Positions 42,936 to 53,779 of a stretch of 64,000 nucleotides of DNA are shown here, in pieces. The DNA is from a virus. A model generated the notes under the pieces. That model was not told where the DNA came from. It worked only from the letters and a program-made list of their open reading frames with translations, and did no database searches. The DNA lies in the IMG/VR virus record IMGVR_UViG_3300045988_163070. One strand, written 5' to 3'. Position numbers and translations under genes: made by a program. Each line of letters starts with the position of its first letter. The stretch's first letter is position 1.

Positions 42936-45900
42936 TTACGATTCCGATTTCAACGATTTGTACGCTTCAACGCTCTCCGCGACCTCGATTTGACCGCGGA
43001 AGGCGAGCCGGGAACCGTAGTTCGCAGACGCATTCGATGAATCGTAACCGCAATTCGGATACGAGACACCGCCGGGCGGGTTCGCGTTGCTGTTCGACCG
43101 AAAGACCACACGAGAAGCTGCTGCGCTCGGTTGGAATTCATCACAATAATAGGTTGTACTACTACCAGCCTGTGAAAAAGCAGCAATCACATCACAATAT
43201 TTTTGATGAACCATACCAGTTGCAAAACCACCGGTTGTACCGGAACGAACTTTACGTACCGTACCGTCAGGCATCTCAATATTTAACTTATACTGCTCTT
43301 GTGCATTAGTATTAGGTAAACCAACTTTATCCATCCATTCATATTTGTCACCATACCAACTTTCATAACCCATACAGTTACTTGAAGGAATACGAGTATG
43401 AACTATTCTACCATCGGCATCCTTTGAGATATACCAAGAATATTCAGTTTTATGCACACCATCTGAATCATAGCTTACAGTATCCTGCATACCGATTACG
43501 GCAGTAGTTCCGACTATCCGGTTATTTGTATTTTGACCATAACCGCATTGATCTTGTGCATCACGACGACCATATGCTGCATAGAACAAGTTAGCTACAT
43601 CTTTGTGCATCTCCCAGTCCACAAGTTGCAAATTACGTTGTTGTGCATAATAGTGAAAATCGGATTGAGACATACTACCAACACTTGCAGAAGTATTAAA
43701 AGCAGAATAAAGAGAATTACCAATAGAGATTGCTTCACCGACACCTGTCAGACAAGGCAGGTGTTCAACCCAATCCGGCTCCATATCCTCAATCTTGTCA
43801 CTGTTGGATAATACAACAAGGTCAAATTCTGCGTTATTGAAGATCGTGAAATAAAGGAAAGCAGCTCTTTCCGGAACGTCTGCAATAAGATACATTCCTT
43901 CAGCAAACTTATTGTTAAGACTCGGAACGGTCAAATCCTTTATAACATTACCGGATGCGTCTACGAAGATACTGCCAATCAAGCCGGTTCCTAACGTGGT
44001 CGGGAAACGGACACGCTTATGCTTGGAAACATCGACACCGCAAACACTATAATTCGTGTCTGAAGAATAGCTGTCCGTCAAGGTAGCACGACCAATCAGA
44101 ATCTTAGATTTCTCCTTATAAAGCCCGGATTCCCGGATATTGGAAAGATAAACTTTATCACATACCGGTATATCCGGAATTTCGGTATTGGAACTGTAAC
44201 AGGTGTACTTCTTGTTGTTAAGGTAGTCATTAATTCCTTTATACCAATAGTGAGGTTCATACATCCAAAGATCACCCTCCGTACTATCCAATTTGGCAGG
44301 AGTAGCACCGGATATTTTCTCTGAATCGGCATAATAATTAGAGTTCTCATCGTGTAGATTGCAAATCACCATTTTACCTTTCTCAGTCTGCTTACCTAAA
44401 ACACGATGACGTTTAGCCAGGATCTTAGTAATATGTCCGTTGGCTACATAGCTGTTACCGTATTTATAGCCGGTCAGATTGTCGAGGTTGCTGATATTAG
44501 CATCATCGGCAACAGTGTCATCAAACTCAATCATCGTATATTTAGGCTGAATGATGGTCAGCTCCGGGAAATGAGCAACGGCTGCTTCATATTCTTCATC
44601 AGTCATGGAACGGGTAAGACGATAGGTTCCCACCAGGCGACAGGAAGATACATTACCGCCATTCTCATCAACACCTCCCATTTCCATAAGGTTTCTAATC
44701 AGCGTACCGTCTCCTTCCATATCAATACCAGTAATACGAAGGTATCTGACAGCCGGACACGCTGTGAGCAGTCTTTGCCAGTCGATCAGTGCGCAACTAT
44801 CGACAACAAGGCGATTAGTATTAACCGTACCCTCTAATGTCAGATTGTCGTTAGATAATTTGTTCAAGTATCGTAATTCAAGCGTCTGAAGAGTAGCAGG
44901 AAGAACAGCAACGGACAAGGGAGAACCAGGTGCAAAAGATACTCCCGTTAATGCAGATTTACCAGCACGGAAAGTCTCAAGTTTGGAATTTGAAGATAAA
45001 TCCATAGAAGTAAAGTTTTCACTTTGCAACCCGGTAAGGTTCAACTCACGCAGATTCTTACACTTGTCAACTAAAAGTGCGTTCATGGTCTTTTGCGTAG
45101 CCGAACAACTGATATTCAAAACTCGCAATGCTACGCAATTGCTTAGATTTAGAGTACCGACAATAGCATGGCTAACATTAGTCAGATCAAGACCTAACAT
45201 ACGGGATGCACCGTAGAAGTATTGAGGATCATTGACTATCAAATCCGTGTCGAGCGTCAGTTCGACAATACTGCCGGCATCTTCAGCGAGCACACCACTT
45301 TGTTTCGGTTCGCCGGACGTGTACCCATAGCCGAAGTAATAACGTTCGCTGGCGGTTATCTTAACCTTACGCTTATCAGTAGAGAACTTATAACCAAAAT
45401 AGATAGGGAATGAATCCTGTCGGTATGTACCTGCAAGATATTGGCTATCCAAAAGAGCAAAACGGTTTTGGATCGTGAATGTACGGTGAGCGTAACGACT
45501 ACCTTGAAGGGCGTACAGGTAGTCATAGTATTTTGTACCCTCCGAAGTCGTAACACCCTCTGTTAAAGGCTTGATATACTTGTATTCTCCGTCCTTATTA
45601 TAAATCCTCTCGCACCAATTACCCATCAGTTGGTTATTGAAGATATCAAGTACATACTCGGTGCTCATATTACTACGGATATTCCCGGCAACTTCCTGCA
45701 ATTTCTCCGGCCAAGAGCGGACAAGTTTCCAAAGTATGGAGTCGTGACCGGCCATTGCATAGGAGCCAATAGAATCATCAAAGGTTTCCCATGTCATAGT
45801 ATAGTCATACTTCAGTACGGAGTCATTACGTCCGCCTAAAATCGTATCCATGTCATAAGGAAGAATATACCAGTGAACACCGTCCCAAGTGCAGAACATC

Positions 45901-48900
45901 ATGTTCTTTGCCCGGCTGTCAACAGCCATCAAATAGTCAGTGATTATGTACCAACCGAACAAGCTGTTTACATTAAAGTAATCGGCACATTCTGCACGGA
46001 ACCGGGCGGGGTCATTTTTTACCGAATTAATCCATGTCCAAAGGCGGGTTACAGCGTCTTTATCCTCTTGGTCGGCATCTTCCCATGTCTTATCCGGCTT
46101 AAAACGGAATTCCAAACCGTCAGCGAAGTTTTCAGCAGTTATGTTGGAAGTACCGAAGAGGCACAACGGATGAGAATTGTTCAAGAACTCAAGGCAGATA
46201 CATTTGTTACGGTCGCCATTCAAAGCGGCTAAATCATTGAATCCGGCAATACCTTCAAAACCGTAGACATTGTGAGAATCGCTCTTTTCGTTATTGAAAT
46301 TGTACTTACCCAAATAGGTATTTACACCGGTATTATCATTATCGTAGAACAAGTCCATCGGAAAACCATCAACACCGATACGAACACTGCCGTCTATTTC
46401 CTGTGGGGGTGTCAGCCAGCCACATTTCTTCCATGTGTCATTGACCAGTCTCACACCACCAGTATTGTGCGTTGATGATGAGTCGGAGAAATCAGCCTTC
46501 AAACAGAAAATACCCACACGTTTGGCGCCGGGTTTGAATGAATACATCAAGTCCGGAACATCGACACCATTCACTTCCAAAGTCGTTCCATATTTATCGA
46601 AACGTTCAAAGTAGATACGGTAGTTCTTTCGCGGATAGGTAGTAGACGATGTACCCTGTATCCGAAGTCCTGCATTACGAAGTACAAAATCATACTCCTT
46701 GCCATATGCAGAATAGAAATACACGTCAACAGGCACTTCAAACTTTTTGTTGTTCGTTGCATTAACAAGTTCGACATCACCAACAAAGCGCATGACAGAT
46801 TTACCTTGTACACGAAGCTTTTCTATATCCACATCCGAGCCGTCGTCATTCATAACATCGTTTTTCTGGAATAGAACAACCATTTCCTCTGATGTCGGAC
46901 GGTCTACCATGTAGTTGGTCAGCTCTTCATCATCAGTCAGACCACGCCGGTAGATACGCAAATTGCGCAACTCGATATCGGCTGCATCGGAAGATACAGT
47001 AATATTTACCGGAGCTTCCTGCTTCATACTTTCAGTCTGTGAGTACTGTTTCGCACCACAACGGATACCATTTACGTACAATTCTATCAAACGAGTACCG
47101 GACTTCTTGCCGATAACGAAAGCTATTTTCAGATTCAGATCGGAAGCAAAAAGTGTATTGACAGAACTTCCTCCGGAAGCGGTTATTTTCGCTTCCTGTG
47201 TTGTCATCTGGAATCCTATTCCACCGGACATACACGAAAGAATGACACCGTTACGATCAGTTACATTCGAACACTTCAATTCAAATTCATACGTAGCACC
47301 GTTCGATACGGCATCATTGGCAAGGGGTTGTTTAAGAATCTCTATTGTAGCTCCATTAGTTAACTGCAAAGAGTCACCAGTCCAACCATTACTATTCCAA
47401 TCAAACCCGGTAAACTTGGTTGTTACCTCGCCATCAGTCCAAACTGCCGGATTTTCTTCGGTGTTACTACGACCGGCAGCCGAAAGTTTTAAATCAAGGT
47501 CTGCTTGTACTTCCTCGATATCAATAGAGGATTTTGCAACGTGGACTAAGAAATCATATTCAGTGTTGCCGCAAGAGAACCGCATTGCATACTCTCCCTG
47601 CTCGGTGAACCGGTTTGTATATACCTGAACGGTACGCGGCACACTTACTGTCTGTGTTTTGGTGCCATTGTTGTACACGGACATTTCAGCAGGGGTTTTG
47701 CTCGGATCGTAAACAACAAAATCGAATTGCAGTTTCTCATATTGACCGACTTCAAGGCGTGGTGTCAAATGATCATCCGTAAAGATGCGGCCGTCCGGGA
47801 AGCGATGCATCATGCCGATACTGGGAGCAGAAGAACCCTCTTTGAATATATCCAAGTAGATACTTTCAGAGCGAACGGTAAGATCGGCAGAAGCTTCCAT
47901 TTCAGCAACCATCTGCACGGTATGCCGACCAGGTAAAAGGTCAGACATGGAAATACTGAAGCTGCTGTTCGTTTGCCCGGATTTAGTAATAGTCTTGGAG
48001 TCTTTCTGAACACCATCAACATACAACATGACAACTTTGTTGCCTGTTCCCGAAATGGTGAACGGAATGGATGCAGTTGCACCGGCTGCATAGCCGCCAA
48101 CAGGAGAAGCAATGTTATAAGTAGAACTCAAAGATAACGTAATAACTTTGACGGACGTGTATGCCTGTTTAGTCTGCTTCTTGCCTTCCGGATCGGTAGT
48201 TGTTGCCTTTACATAGATATCCGTTGTTCCCAAAAGCAAATACTTACTCAAATCAAGGGTATATGTACCCTTAGATACATCGTTAATAGTCTCTGTGTAC
48301 ACAGTTTGAGCACCTCGAAGCATCTGTATGGTAAGCGTAGCTTTCTGCCCAGTAGATTCGCCCTTGTCATCTCCGGAACTATATTGGTGATCGTAGAAAT
48401 AGGTAAGATGAGAAGAACCACCCTCTTTGATAATGCTGTTATCTACCGAAGCATTGAGGACAATCTTTGTTGCAGTACCGGTTTCTCCGCCGCCACCGCC
48501 TGTACCGCCTTGAAATTCCGTACTGGCTATTTCTGCACCGGACTTGTTTTTCAAACTTAGCTTAACAGTATTATTATCCTCGTCAACCTCGGATTCGAGT
48601 GTGAAAACAGTATTGGCTTCAATCTCATTAAATTTAGCAGTTACAGGAGCGTTCTGAATGGCATTTGTTGAGTTGGCATCCAAACTTTCATCTGTTTGAG
48701 GAATTTCGACATTGAAAGATACACCACCACTTTCATCCGGAGTATGCTTTTCACCGTTGAAAGTAATTTCTTTCACAGCTCCTGCACCACCGTATTCATT
48801 CCAAGCAGCCGGCTGATCGAAAGCTGTTATGTCGTTTGATTCAAAACGATAATCTTTCCATTTCCCAGCAGACTCCTCGAAAGTAATAATCATGCCGGGC

Positions 48901-50501
48901 TTCTCTTCATCCTTGACTTTAGCTCCAGAAACGGCTGTTACTGCTGTTTCTTTTGTATAGAAGCCAGTATTTAAAGGATGAAGTTTAGTTACGTTATAAA
49001 AGCCACTACCTGAACCGGAACCACCGGAGATTTCTTCCCACTCACTCCACTTCTCACCTGTCATCTTACGTTGTTTCAACACACCACCGGTATAATACGT
49101 AGACAGGAAGATTTGGGTAATGGCATCATCCTCACCGTACCGGGACACAACTAAAATATCACTTGAATAAGTGTCTGCATCAGCCACAATATAATAGCCG
49201 GAGTTAACAACAGAATCAATATCAGTATAAAGGACTGTATTGAAAAAATGAAGCATATCTATATTTGACAGATTCTTGTAGAAATCCTCTTCAGTACCCT
49301 TATACCCTTTGCCTTTTGCATCTTCATAGGTATTAACCTCATTCCATGAGTCCGGTACATAATCACTGCCGACATATACATAAGTATGATATTTACCTAC
49401 TTTATCTAAGAATGAACATTTGATACCAATGTTCCTTAGCTCAATAGGAACAAGGTATATAGCCTTATCTAATGTGAATCTGTTTGTATTATCACTCGGA
49501 TCGACATGATATAAAGATACATTATAGTCAGTAACGCTCGTTATTCTCCAACTACCCCACTCTCCGTTTTTTCGCTGTCTCTGATATACGAACCCACACT
49601 CATAGCGTATTTGTTCATAAATGTTCTCATCAAGTATCGTAGTAGCCAAAAGACCTTTTATATCCTTGAATTCATTTCGTTCATCTTCATTATACCGATA
49701 AGTAAACAAGCCGGCAGTACCAAACACCTCATCTAAATCTCTTAGATCGTTCAAGAAATCCAAGTCTATAACAATACTACCACAAACATTTATGGCTGCC
49801 AATAGTTTTTTCAATTCTCCCCAAACAGAGCCATCATCACTTTTAGATGTCTCTTTTGTTCCAAGAGCTTCCTGTAATTTAGCTTCGGTTGACATCCATT
49901 TCCCCCAAGTTGTGTTACCACTGGAAACAACACCACTCCGGGACAAAGTAATAACCGGTCCTACGGTTACTTCAGTAGCCGTACTGTTATTCATTGCATC
50001 AAGTTGGATGCACGATGTAAACGACTGATAAACATTATTGAGTCCCAACCGCTCTACTTGAATATTGAGAGGAATACTGGTAGAACCAGGCGCAAATACA
50101 CAACGGTAATTTCCAACAGAGGAATTACCTTCATATAAAGAATTGAGTTTTGATTTTAAGTTAGCCAGTGAATCAATCGTACCCAAACTTTTAAAAGGAT
50201 CAGTAAGAGGATTTGATTTTGTTGAAGTGCCTAATATCCTTTTCAACAGTTCAGCATCTCCTTCAGTTATACTCTTCTCTGCATCTGTAATACGATTCTT
50301 AAAATCCTCCAAATCTTTATTAATATAAGCGGATATAGCGTCAGTTAAATCCTGTACCAATATTTTCCGCCCACCACTAATCTCAACATACATATCATCA
50401 GACAAAGATTTCACGGCAGTAAGCTGCTCTATCGTGAAACTATTTGTCTTTAACGCTTGCAGCACAAGGCTGACAATCTGCTGTTTCTCCGTTTCTGTCA
50501 T
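42936..50501 (-). CDS. giant multidomain tail fibre / receptor-binding protein, DGR target
   Basis: 2521 aa. CotH-like segment (GLRIQGTSSTTYPRKNYRIYFERF...CLKADFSDSSSTHNTGG), leucine-rich repeats (LDLTNVSHAIVGTLNLSNCVALRVLNIS...LRELNLTGL...), and a C-terminal VR-encoded VVFRSNSNANPPGGVSYPNCGYDSSNASANYGSRLAFRG typical of C-type-lectin-fold DGR targets. Confidence 0.8.
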   Translation of the reverse strand: MTETEKQQIVSLVLQALKTNSFTIEQLTAVKSLSDDMYVEISGGRKILVQDLTDAISAYINKDLEDFKNRITDAEKSITEGDAELLKRILGTSTKSNPLTDPFKSLGTIDSLANLKSKLNSLYEGNSSVGNYRCVFAPGSTSIPLNIQVERLGLNNVYQSFTSCIQLDAMNNSTATEVTVGPVITLSRSGVVSSGNTTWGKWMSTEAKLQEALGTKETSKSDDGSVWGELKKLLAAINVCGSIVIDLDFLNDLRDLDEVFGTAGLFTYRYNEDERNEFKDIKGLLATTILDENIYEQIRYECGFVYQRQRKNGEWGSWRITSVTDYNVSLYHVDPSDNTNRFTLDKAIYLVPIELRNIGIKCSFLDKVGKYHTYVYVGSDYVPDSWNEVNTYEDAKGKGYKGTEEDFYKNLSNIDMLHFFNTVLYTDIDSVVNSGYYIVADADTYSSDILVVSRYGEDDAITQIFLSTYYTGGVLKQRKMTGEKWSEWEEISGGSGSGSGFYNVTKLHPLNTGFYTKETAVTAVSGAKVKDEEKPGMIITFEESAGKWKDYRFESNDITAFDQPAAWNEYGGAGAVKEITFNGEKHTPDESGGVSFNVEIPQTDESLDANSTNAIQNAPVTAKFNEIEANTVFTLESEVDEDNNTVKLSLKNKSGAEIASTEFQGGTGGGGGETGTATKIVLNASVDNSIIKEGGSSHLTYFYDHQYSSGDDKGESTGQKATLTIQMLRGAQTVYTETINDVSKGTYTLDLSKYLLLGTTDIYVKATTTDPEGKKQTKQAYTSVKVITLSLSSTYNIASPVGGYAAGATASIPFTISGTGNKVVMLYVDGVQKDSKTITKSGQTNSSFSISMSDLLPGRHTVQMVAEMEASADLTVRSESIYLDIFKEGSSAPSIGMMHRFPDGRIFTDDHLTPRLEVGQYEKLQFDFVVYDPSKTPAEMSVYNNGTKTQTVSVPRTVQVYTNRFTEQGEYAMRFSCGNTEYDFLVHVAKSSIDIEEVQADLDLKLSAAGRSNTEENPAVWTDGEVTTKFTGFDWNSNGWTGDSLQLTNGATIEILKQPLANDAVSNGATYEFELKCSNVTDRNGVILSCMSGGIGFQMTTQEAKITASGGSSVNTLFASDLNLKIAFVIGKKSGTRLIELYVNGIRCGAKQYSQTESMKQEAPVNITVSSDAADIELRNLRIYRRGLTDDEELTNYMVDRPTSEEMVVLFQKNDVMNDDGSDVDIEKLRVQGKSVMRFVGDVELVNATNNKKFEVPVDVYFYSAYGKEYDFVLRNAGLRIQGTSSTTYPRKNYRIYFERFDKYGTTLEVNGVDVPDLMYSFKPGAKRVGIFCLKADFSDSSSTHNTGGVRLVNDTWKKCGWLTPPQEIDGSVRIGVDGFPMDLFYDNDNTGVNTYLGKYNFNNEKSDSHNVYGFEGIAGFNDLAALNGDRNKCICLEFLNNSHPLCLFGTSNITAENFADGLEFRFKPDKTWEDADQEDKDAVTRLWTWINSVKNDPARFRAECADYFNVNSLFGWYIITDYLMAVDSRAKNMMFCTWDGVHWYILPYDMDTILGGRNDSVLKYDYTMTWETFDDSIGSYAMAGHDSILWKLVRSWPEKLQEVAGNIRSNMSTEYVLDIFNNQLMGNWCERIYNKDGEYKYIKPLTEGVTTSEGTKYYDYLYALQGSRYAHRTFTIQNRFALLDSQYLAGTYRQDSFPIYFGYKFSTDKRKVKITASERYYFGYGYTSGEPKQSGVLAEDAGSIVELTLDTDLIVNDPQYFYGASRMLGLDLTNVSHAIVGTLNLSNCVALRVLNISCSATQKTMNALLVDKCKNLRELNLTGLQSENFTSMDLSSNSKLETFRAGKSALTGVSFAPGSPLSVAVLPATLQTLELRYLNKLSNDNLTLEGTVNTNRLVVDSCALIDWQRLLTACPAVRYLRITGIDMEGDGTLIRNLMEMGGVDENGGNVSSCRLVGTYRLTRSMTDEEYEAAVAHFPELTIIQPKYTMIEFDDTVADDANISNLDNLTGYKYGNSYVANGHITKILAKRHRVLGKQTEKGKMVICNLHDENSNYYADSEKISGATPAKLDSTEGDLWMYEPHYWYKGINDYLNNKKYTCYSSNTEIPDIPVCDKVYLSNIRESGLYKEKSKILIGRATLTDSYSSDTNYSVCGVDVSKHKRVRFPTTLGTGLIGSIFVDASGNVIKDLTVPSLNNKFAEGMYLIADVPERAAFLYFTIFNNAEFDLVVLSNSDKIEDMEPDWVEHLPCLTGVGEAISIGNSLYSAFNTSASVGSMSQSDFHYYAQQRNLQLVDWEMHKDVANLFYAAYGRRDAQDQCGYGQNTNNRIVGTTAVIGMQDTVSYDSDGVHKTEYSWYISKDADGRIVHTRIPSSNCMGYESWYGDKYEWMDKVGLPNTNAQEQYKLNIEMPDGTVRKVRSGTTGGFATGMVHQKYCDVIAAFSQAGSSTTYYCDEFQPSAAASRVVFRSNSNANPPGGVSYPNCGYDSSNASANYGSRLAFRGQIEVAESVEAYKSLKSES
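43004..43114 (-). repeat. DGR variable repeat (VR) at the 3-prime end of the fibre gene
   Basis: Differs from the TR at 6 positions. Five correspond to TR adenines on the sense strand (plus-strand TR 42667, 42694, 42723, 42724, 42738) and one to a G (42706). They change AAC codons to AGC, CCC, TAC and TAC. Confidence 0.85.
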
Positions 50502-50523
50502 AATTATTCTTTTAATGAATTAT

Positions 50524-50961
50524 CTAATCATTATCATATACCCACGTTAACTCAATGGTCATACCAATATTATCAATATCATAGTCATACATGTAATCAA
50601 GATAAAGCTGGAATTCTTTTCCGGTACCTACATCTCCGGCATCTACTCCCTTTAAAATATAGACTCCATCTCTACTAACTACACTACCCTCAATAAGATT
50701 ACTATATGGACCACCTGTGTATAGAATGGCACGTAAATTTATCAAACTGTCATCCAAAGAACTTTTCAAGCTATCAAGTCCGGTTATCACCAGTTTACCA
50801 TAACCTTTCCTGCCAATATACTTACTGTCTATGTCAGTAGTCTTAATGGTGATTAAATCCCAATATGATTGTTCATCACCGCCCGGATGATGAATACTGT
50901 TCACTGTGATCATTGTATCACTGTTGATAGAAGTGCCAGTATTTGGAGTAGCATTAGACAT
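50524..50961 (-). CDS. tail/baseplate-associated hypothetical protein
   Basis: 145-aa ORF immediately upstream of the fibre gene. Confidence 0.45.
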   Translation of the reverse strand: MSNATPNTGTSINSDTMITVNSIHHPGGDEQSYWDLITIKTTDIDSKYIGRKGYGKLVITGLDSLKSSLDDSLINLRAILYTGGPYSNLIEGSVVSRDGVYILKGVDAGDVGTGKEFQLYLDYMYDYDIDNIGMTIELTWVYDND

Positions 50962-50984
50962 ATTGATATAAGTTCCAATTTCTG

Positions 50985-51839
50985 CTACAGGTTTTCTGTA
51001 CCAAATTTGATACTACGCATATCCCCAGTATCCGTTTTTCTGTAATTATCACCTTGTACACGTCTCATCGCAACCTGATTATTCCATTCCAAAACAGGAT
51101 CAAGCGATTTTATCTGCTGTAACTGCTGATTGAAGACAAAGCTTTTCAATCCCTCGATTTCTTGATTCAATTCAGGAACACCACCGTCTTTTCTTGCATA
51201 ACGTACACCATCAAAATAGATATAGTTACAGCATAGAATACGGTTAAGAAAGTCAGCAAACCACACTGGGCAACCAATAGAATTACCTAAAGTAAATATC
51301 TTCTGTGTAGCTTCACGGCTATACAATTCTACGATATCACCATCAGCAGTGGTAAACTGTTCGTTATCTACTGTGAATGACCAGTTATTATCTTTGAATC
51401 CACCGGGGGCACGGAAATCGAAGAAATATTGCATACCATCAATCCAAAAGATACAATCCGTCCGTTGTCGGTTATCTTTCATTGAATACTGTATTACAGT
51501 AGTCTCATTAAGTTCGGCACTATCATTCGTAACTTTGAATATCTCACTCCAGGAATCACCAATTAACACATCGTAGTAACCGCTATTCAGCCCTGTAATA
51601 ATGTGAAAGTAGATTATCTGATTATTATTCATATTCCATGTGTGCCACTCAATAGAATCCTGACGTTCATTAATTAAATCTCGTACAACCAAGGCAGGCA
51701 CTGCATCTGATTTGTCACCTATCAACTCAATGAATATGATATCAGAGCTTGCAAATTTCTGAATGTATTTACTCTTCGCACCGAACCGGTCCGTAGTAGG
51801 GTTAAAAAACAAAGGGGTAAAAGGACTTATTTTCAACAT
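50985..51839 (-). CDS. tail/baseplate-associated hypothetical protein
   Basis: 284-aa ORF in the tail operon. Confidence 0.45.
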   Translation of the reverse strand: MLKISPFTPLFFNPTTDRFGAKSKYIQKFASSDIIFIELIGDKSDAVPALVVRDLINERQDSIEWHTWNMNNNQIIYFHIITGLNSGYYDVLIGDSWSEIFKVTNDSAELNETTVIQYSMKDNRQRTDCIFWIDGMQYFFDFRAPGGFKDNNWSFTVDNEQFTTADGDIVELYSREATQKIFTLGNSIGCPVWFADFLNRILCCNYIYFDGVRYARKDGGVPELNQEIEGLKSFVFNQQLQQIKSLDPVLEWNNQVAMRRVQGDNYRKTDTGDMRSIKFGTENL

Positions 51840-51845
51840 AATATT

Positions 51846-53753
51846 TTAAGCTTTAGAGATAGATTTCACTATAAGTTCATATTTAAGCCCGTCAAACCGT
51901 TCTATTTGTCCGTCTGCTTCACTCAAAAATCCCTTATACAAATACTCATCTTTAACAAGAGTAATTATACCATCCACAGGAGAAGGAATAACTTCATCAT
52001 AGGTATTAAATCCAACTTTACCACAAGTGGCCAACTTTTCAGATATCACAAAATTATCTTTTAACGCAATGTTGTTAATCACAACATCACTGTTGCCATC
52101 AGAAGAAGTAAATTCAAGCTTATCAGCGCTAATACCAATATACTTGCTGTTTGCAAGCAACATAGCACGCTGGTTATACATCACATTAAACATCTTATCC
52201 GGATTCAACACGCCGCTGATATTCCATCCGGTTCTAATGAGTTTATAGCACATCACCCCAGACGTTAATATAGAATCAGCAGCTCCAACAAAAAACACGT
52301 CATTATCACTTTCATTATCAGTAGTATTCTTACCTCTCTTTTGTGCTAAGAACTCAATACCATAGGCATCTGCACGATAAGGACTAATAAGCTCCAGTTT
52401 ATTATCAGTAATATCTACGCCAGTCATGTATTCTGTCGTAAACCGGAATTCATCACGTCCGTTAATGGAATCATAATCCTGTTTGTCATAGCCGACACGA
52501 ACAGACGAATAAATCAGCTTCTCATCAACAGAATAAGTAAATTCAGTATGGTCGACTTCAAATTCTTTGATTATACTTGTGGAAAACAGTGTATCTCTGT
52601 GAACGAACTGAACAATATTTCCATCAATTACAGGAACAAAGCCGAACACAGATTCCATCCAGTCAACAAACTTTGTATAAGAAGTATATAACTTCGCATC
52701 TGGTATGCCACGAATACTTTCAGCAGCTACTATAACACAATTATCAAGTCTGGAATCATAATTGCTTGCAATCTTACCGGTAATGCCTTCTTTTCCTCCA
52801 TTGATACTTTTAAGCAAACAATTCAATACCCTTGTAGGTGTTATTGCATCAATGTAGATAGGATCACTGATAGAATTATAAGTTACCTTAAACTCTTTAA
52901 TCTTCTTAATGTTGATTTTTGCATAAGTAGTATGAGAAGCTTTCAAACTGATAGAAAAATACACCATCTTTCTTTGACCATAAGAATCAAATGAAGCCTT
53001 ACTCACGCTAATGCTCAATATTATTGTTTTAGTTTCTCCTTTACTGATATTCACTGCTTGAGTATTCCCACAAGAGGAAAGAGTGAATGTTGCATATTCA
53101 GCATCCCCGCTATTCTCATATTCAACATCCATTTCCACATAAGCCTTAATGCCCGATGCCGGGACACCGAGCAGATCAGCAACTACGCCTTTTTCTCCTT
53201 TGTCATATTCAAGATAGCCTCCTTTGGATATCTCATTACTATAACTGGAAACATAGACATCTGCAAGTTCAATGGGGTTTACGGTATATGTATCACCAAT
53301 AGAGAAGTTTAGTATATTTTGCATATCTAGCCTATCATAATATAGCTGATGCACTGCCTTTATTTCATCTACAAGATACTCGTATTGTGTTCCCTTGTTA
53401 GCCTTAATAAGAGTAGCAGTACTATTATCAACCGTATTCATTGATATCGTATAGCCCGAATTATCGAAGGTACCGAAATCCAGTTTACTATTGATAACAA
53501 TATCATAGGTGTGCTGATTATTGATTTCGTAAATTGCGATCCGAGCGTCTGCAAACAGATATTTTTCTACCCATTCATCGAGAAGCAACTCATAAGCTTC
53601 TCCTACAAACTCAAACTTAGATGTGAATGTTCTAATAACTCCACCGAATCCATCACGTTTGAGTGTACGTTTTATCTCATCCCAATTCCGGATACAAGAT
53701 TTAGGAAGTTCATGCGTGGTACCAGCTACTGTAAGAACATATTTGCAAAGCAT
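51846..53753 (-). CDS. tail/baseplate structural protein (putative)
   Basis: 635-aa ORF, first gene of the fibre-proximal operon, with its own promoter. Confidence 0.45.
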   Translation of the reverse strand: MLCKYVLTVAGTTHELPKSCIRNWDEIKRTLKRDGFGGVIRTFTSKFEFVGEAYELLLDEWVEKYLFADARIAIYEINNQHTYDIVINSKLDFGTFDNSGYTISMNTVDNSTATLIKANKGTQYEYLVDEIKAVHQLYYDRLDMQNILNFSIGDTYTVNPIELADVYVSSYSNEISKGGYLEYDKGEKGVVADLLGVPASGIKAYVEMDVEYENSGDAEYATFTLSSCGNTQAVNISKGETKTIILSISVSKASFDSYGQRKMVYFSISLKASHTTYAKINIKKIKEFKVTYNSISDPIYIDAITPTRVLNCLLKSINGGKEGITGKIASNYDSRLDNCVIVAAESIRGIPDAKLYTSYTKFVDWMESVFGFVPVIDGNIVQFVHRDTLFSTSIIKEFEVDHTEFTYSVDEKLIYSSVRVGYDKQDYDSINGRDEFRFTTEYMTGVDITDNKLELISPYRADAYGIEFLAQKRGKNTTDNESDNDVFFVGAADSILTSGVMCYKLIRTGWNISGVLNPDKMFNVMYNQRAMLLANSKYIGISADKLEFTSSDGNSDVVINNIALKDNFVISEKLATCGKVGFNTYDEVIPSPVDGIITLVKDEYLYKGFLSEADGQIERFDGLKYELIVKSISKA

Positions 53754-53779
53754 TTTTATAGGGTTAAAACTTTCATGGG

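Larger units (their letters stand above)
40648..43114 (-). mobile_element. diversity-generating retroelement (VR in fibre gene, promoter, TR, spacer, RT, coupled downstream ORF)
   Basis: A 111-nt TR/VR pair with adenine-biased substitutions sits next to an RT that carries DGR-type motifs. See the TR, VR and RT features. Confidence 0.85.

Noticed and set aside
46963-47628. 221-aa plus-strand ORF, and many other 60-150-aa plus-strand ORFs inside 42936-50501
   Set aside because: All are antisense to the uninterrupted 2521-aa fibre ORF. They have odd composition and no start context. They are typical shadow ORFs.
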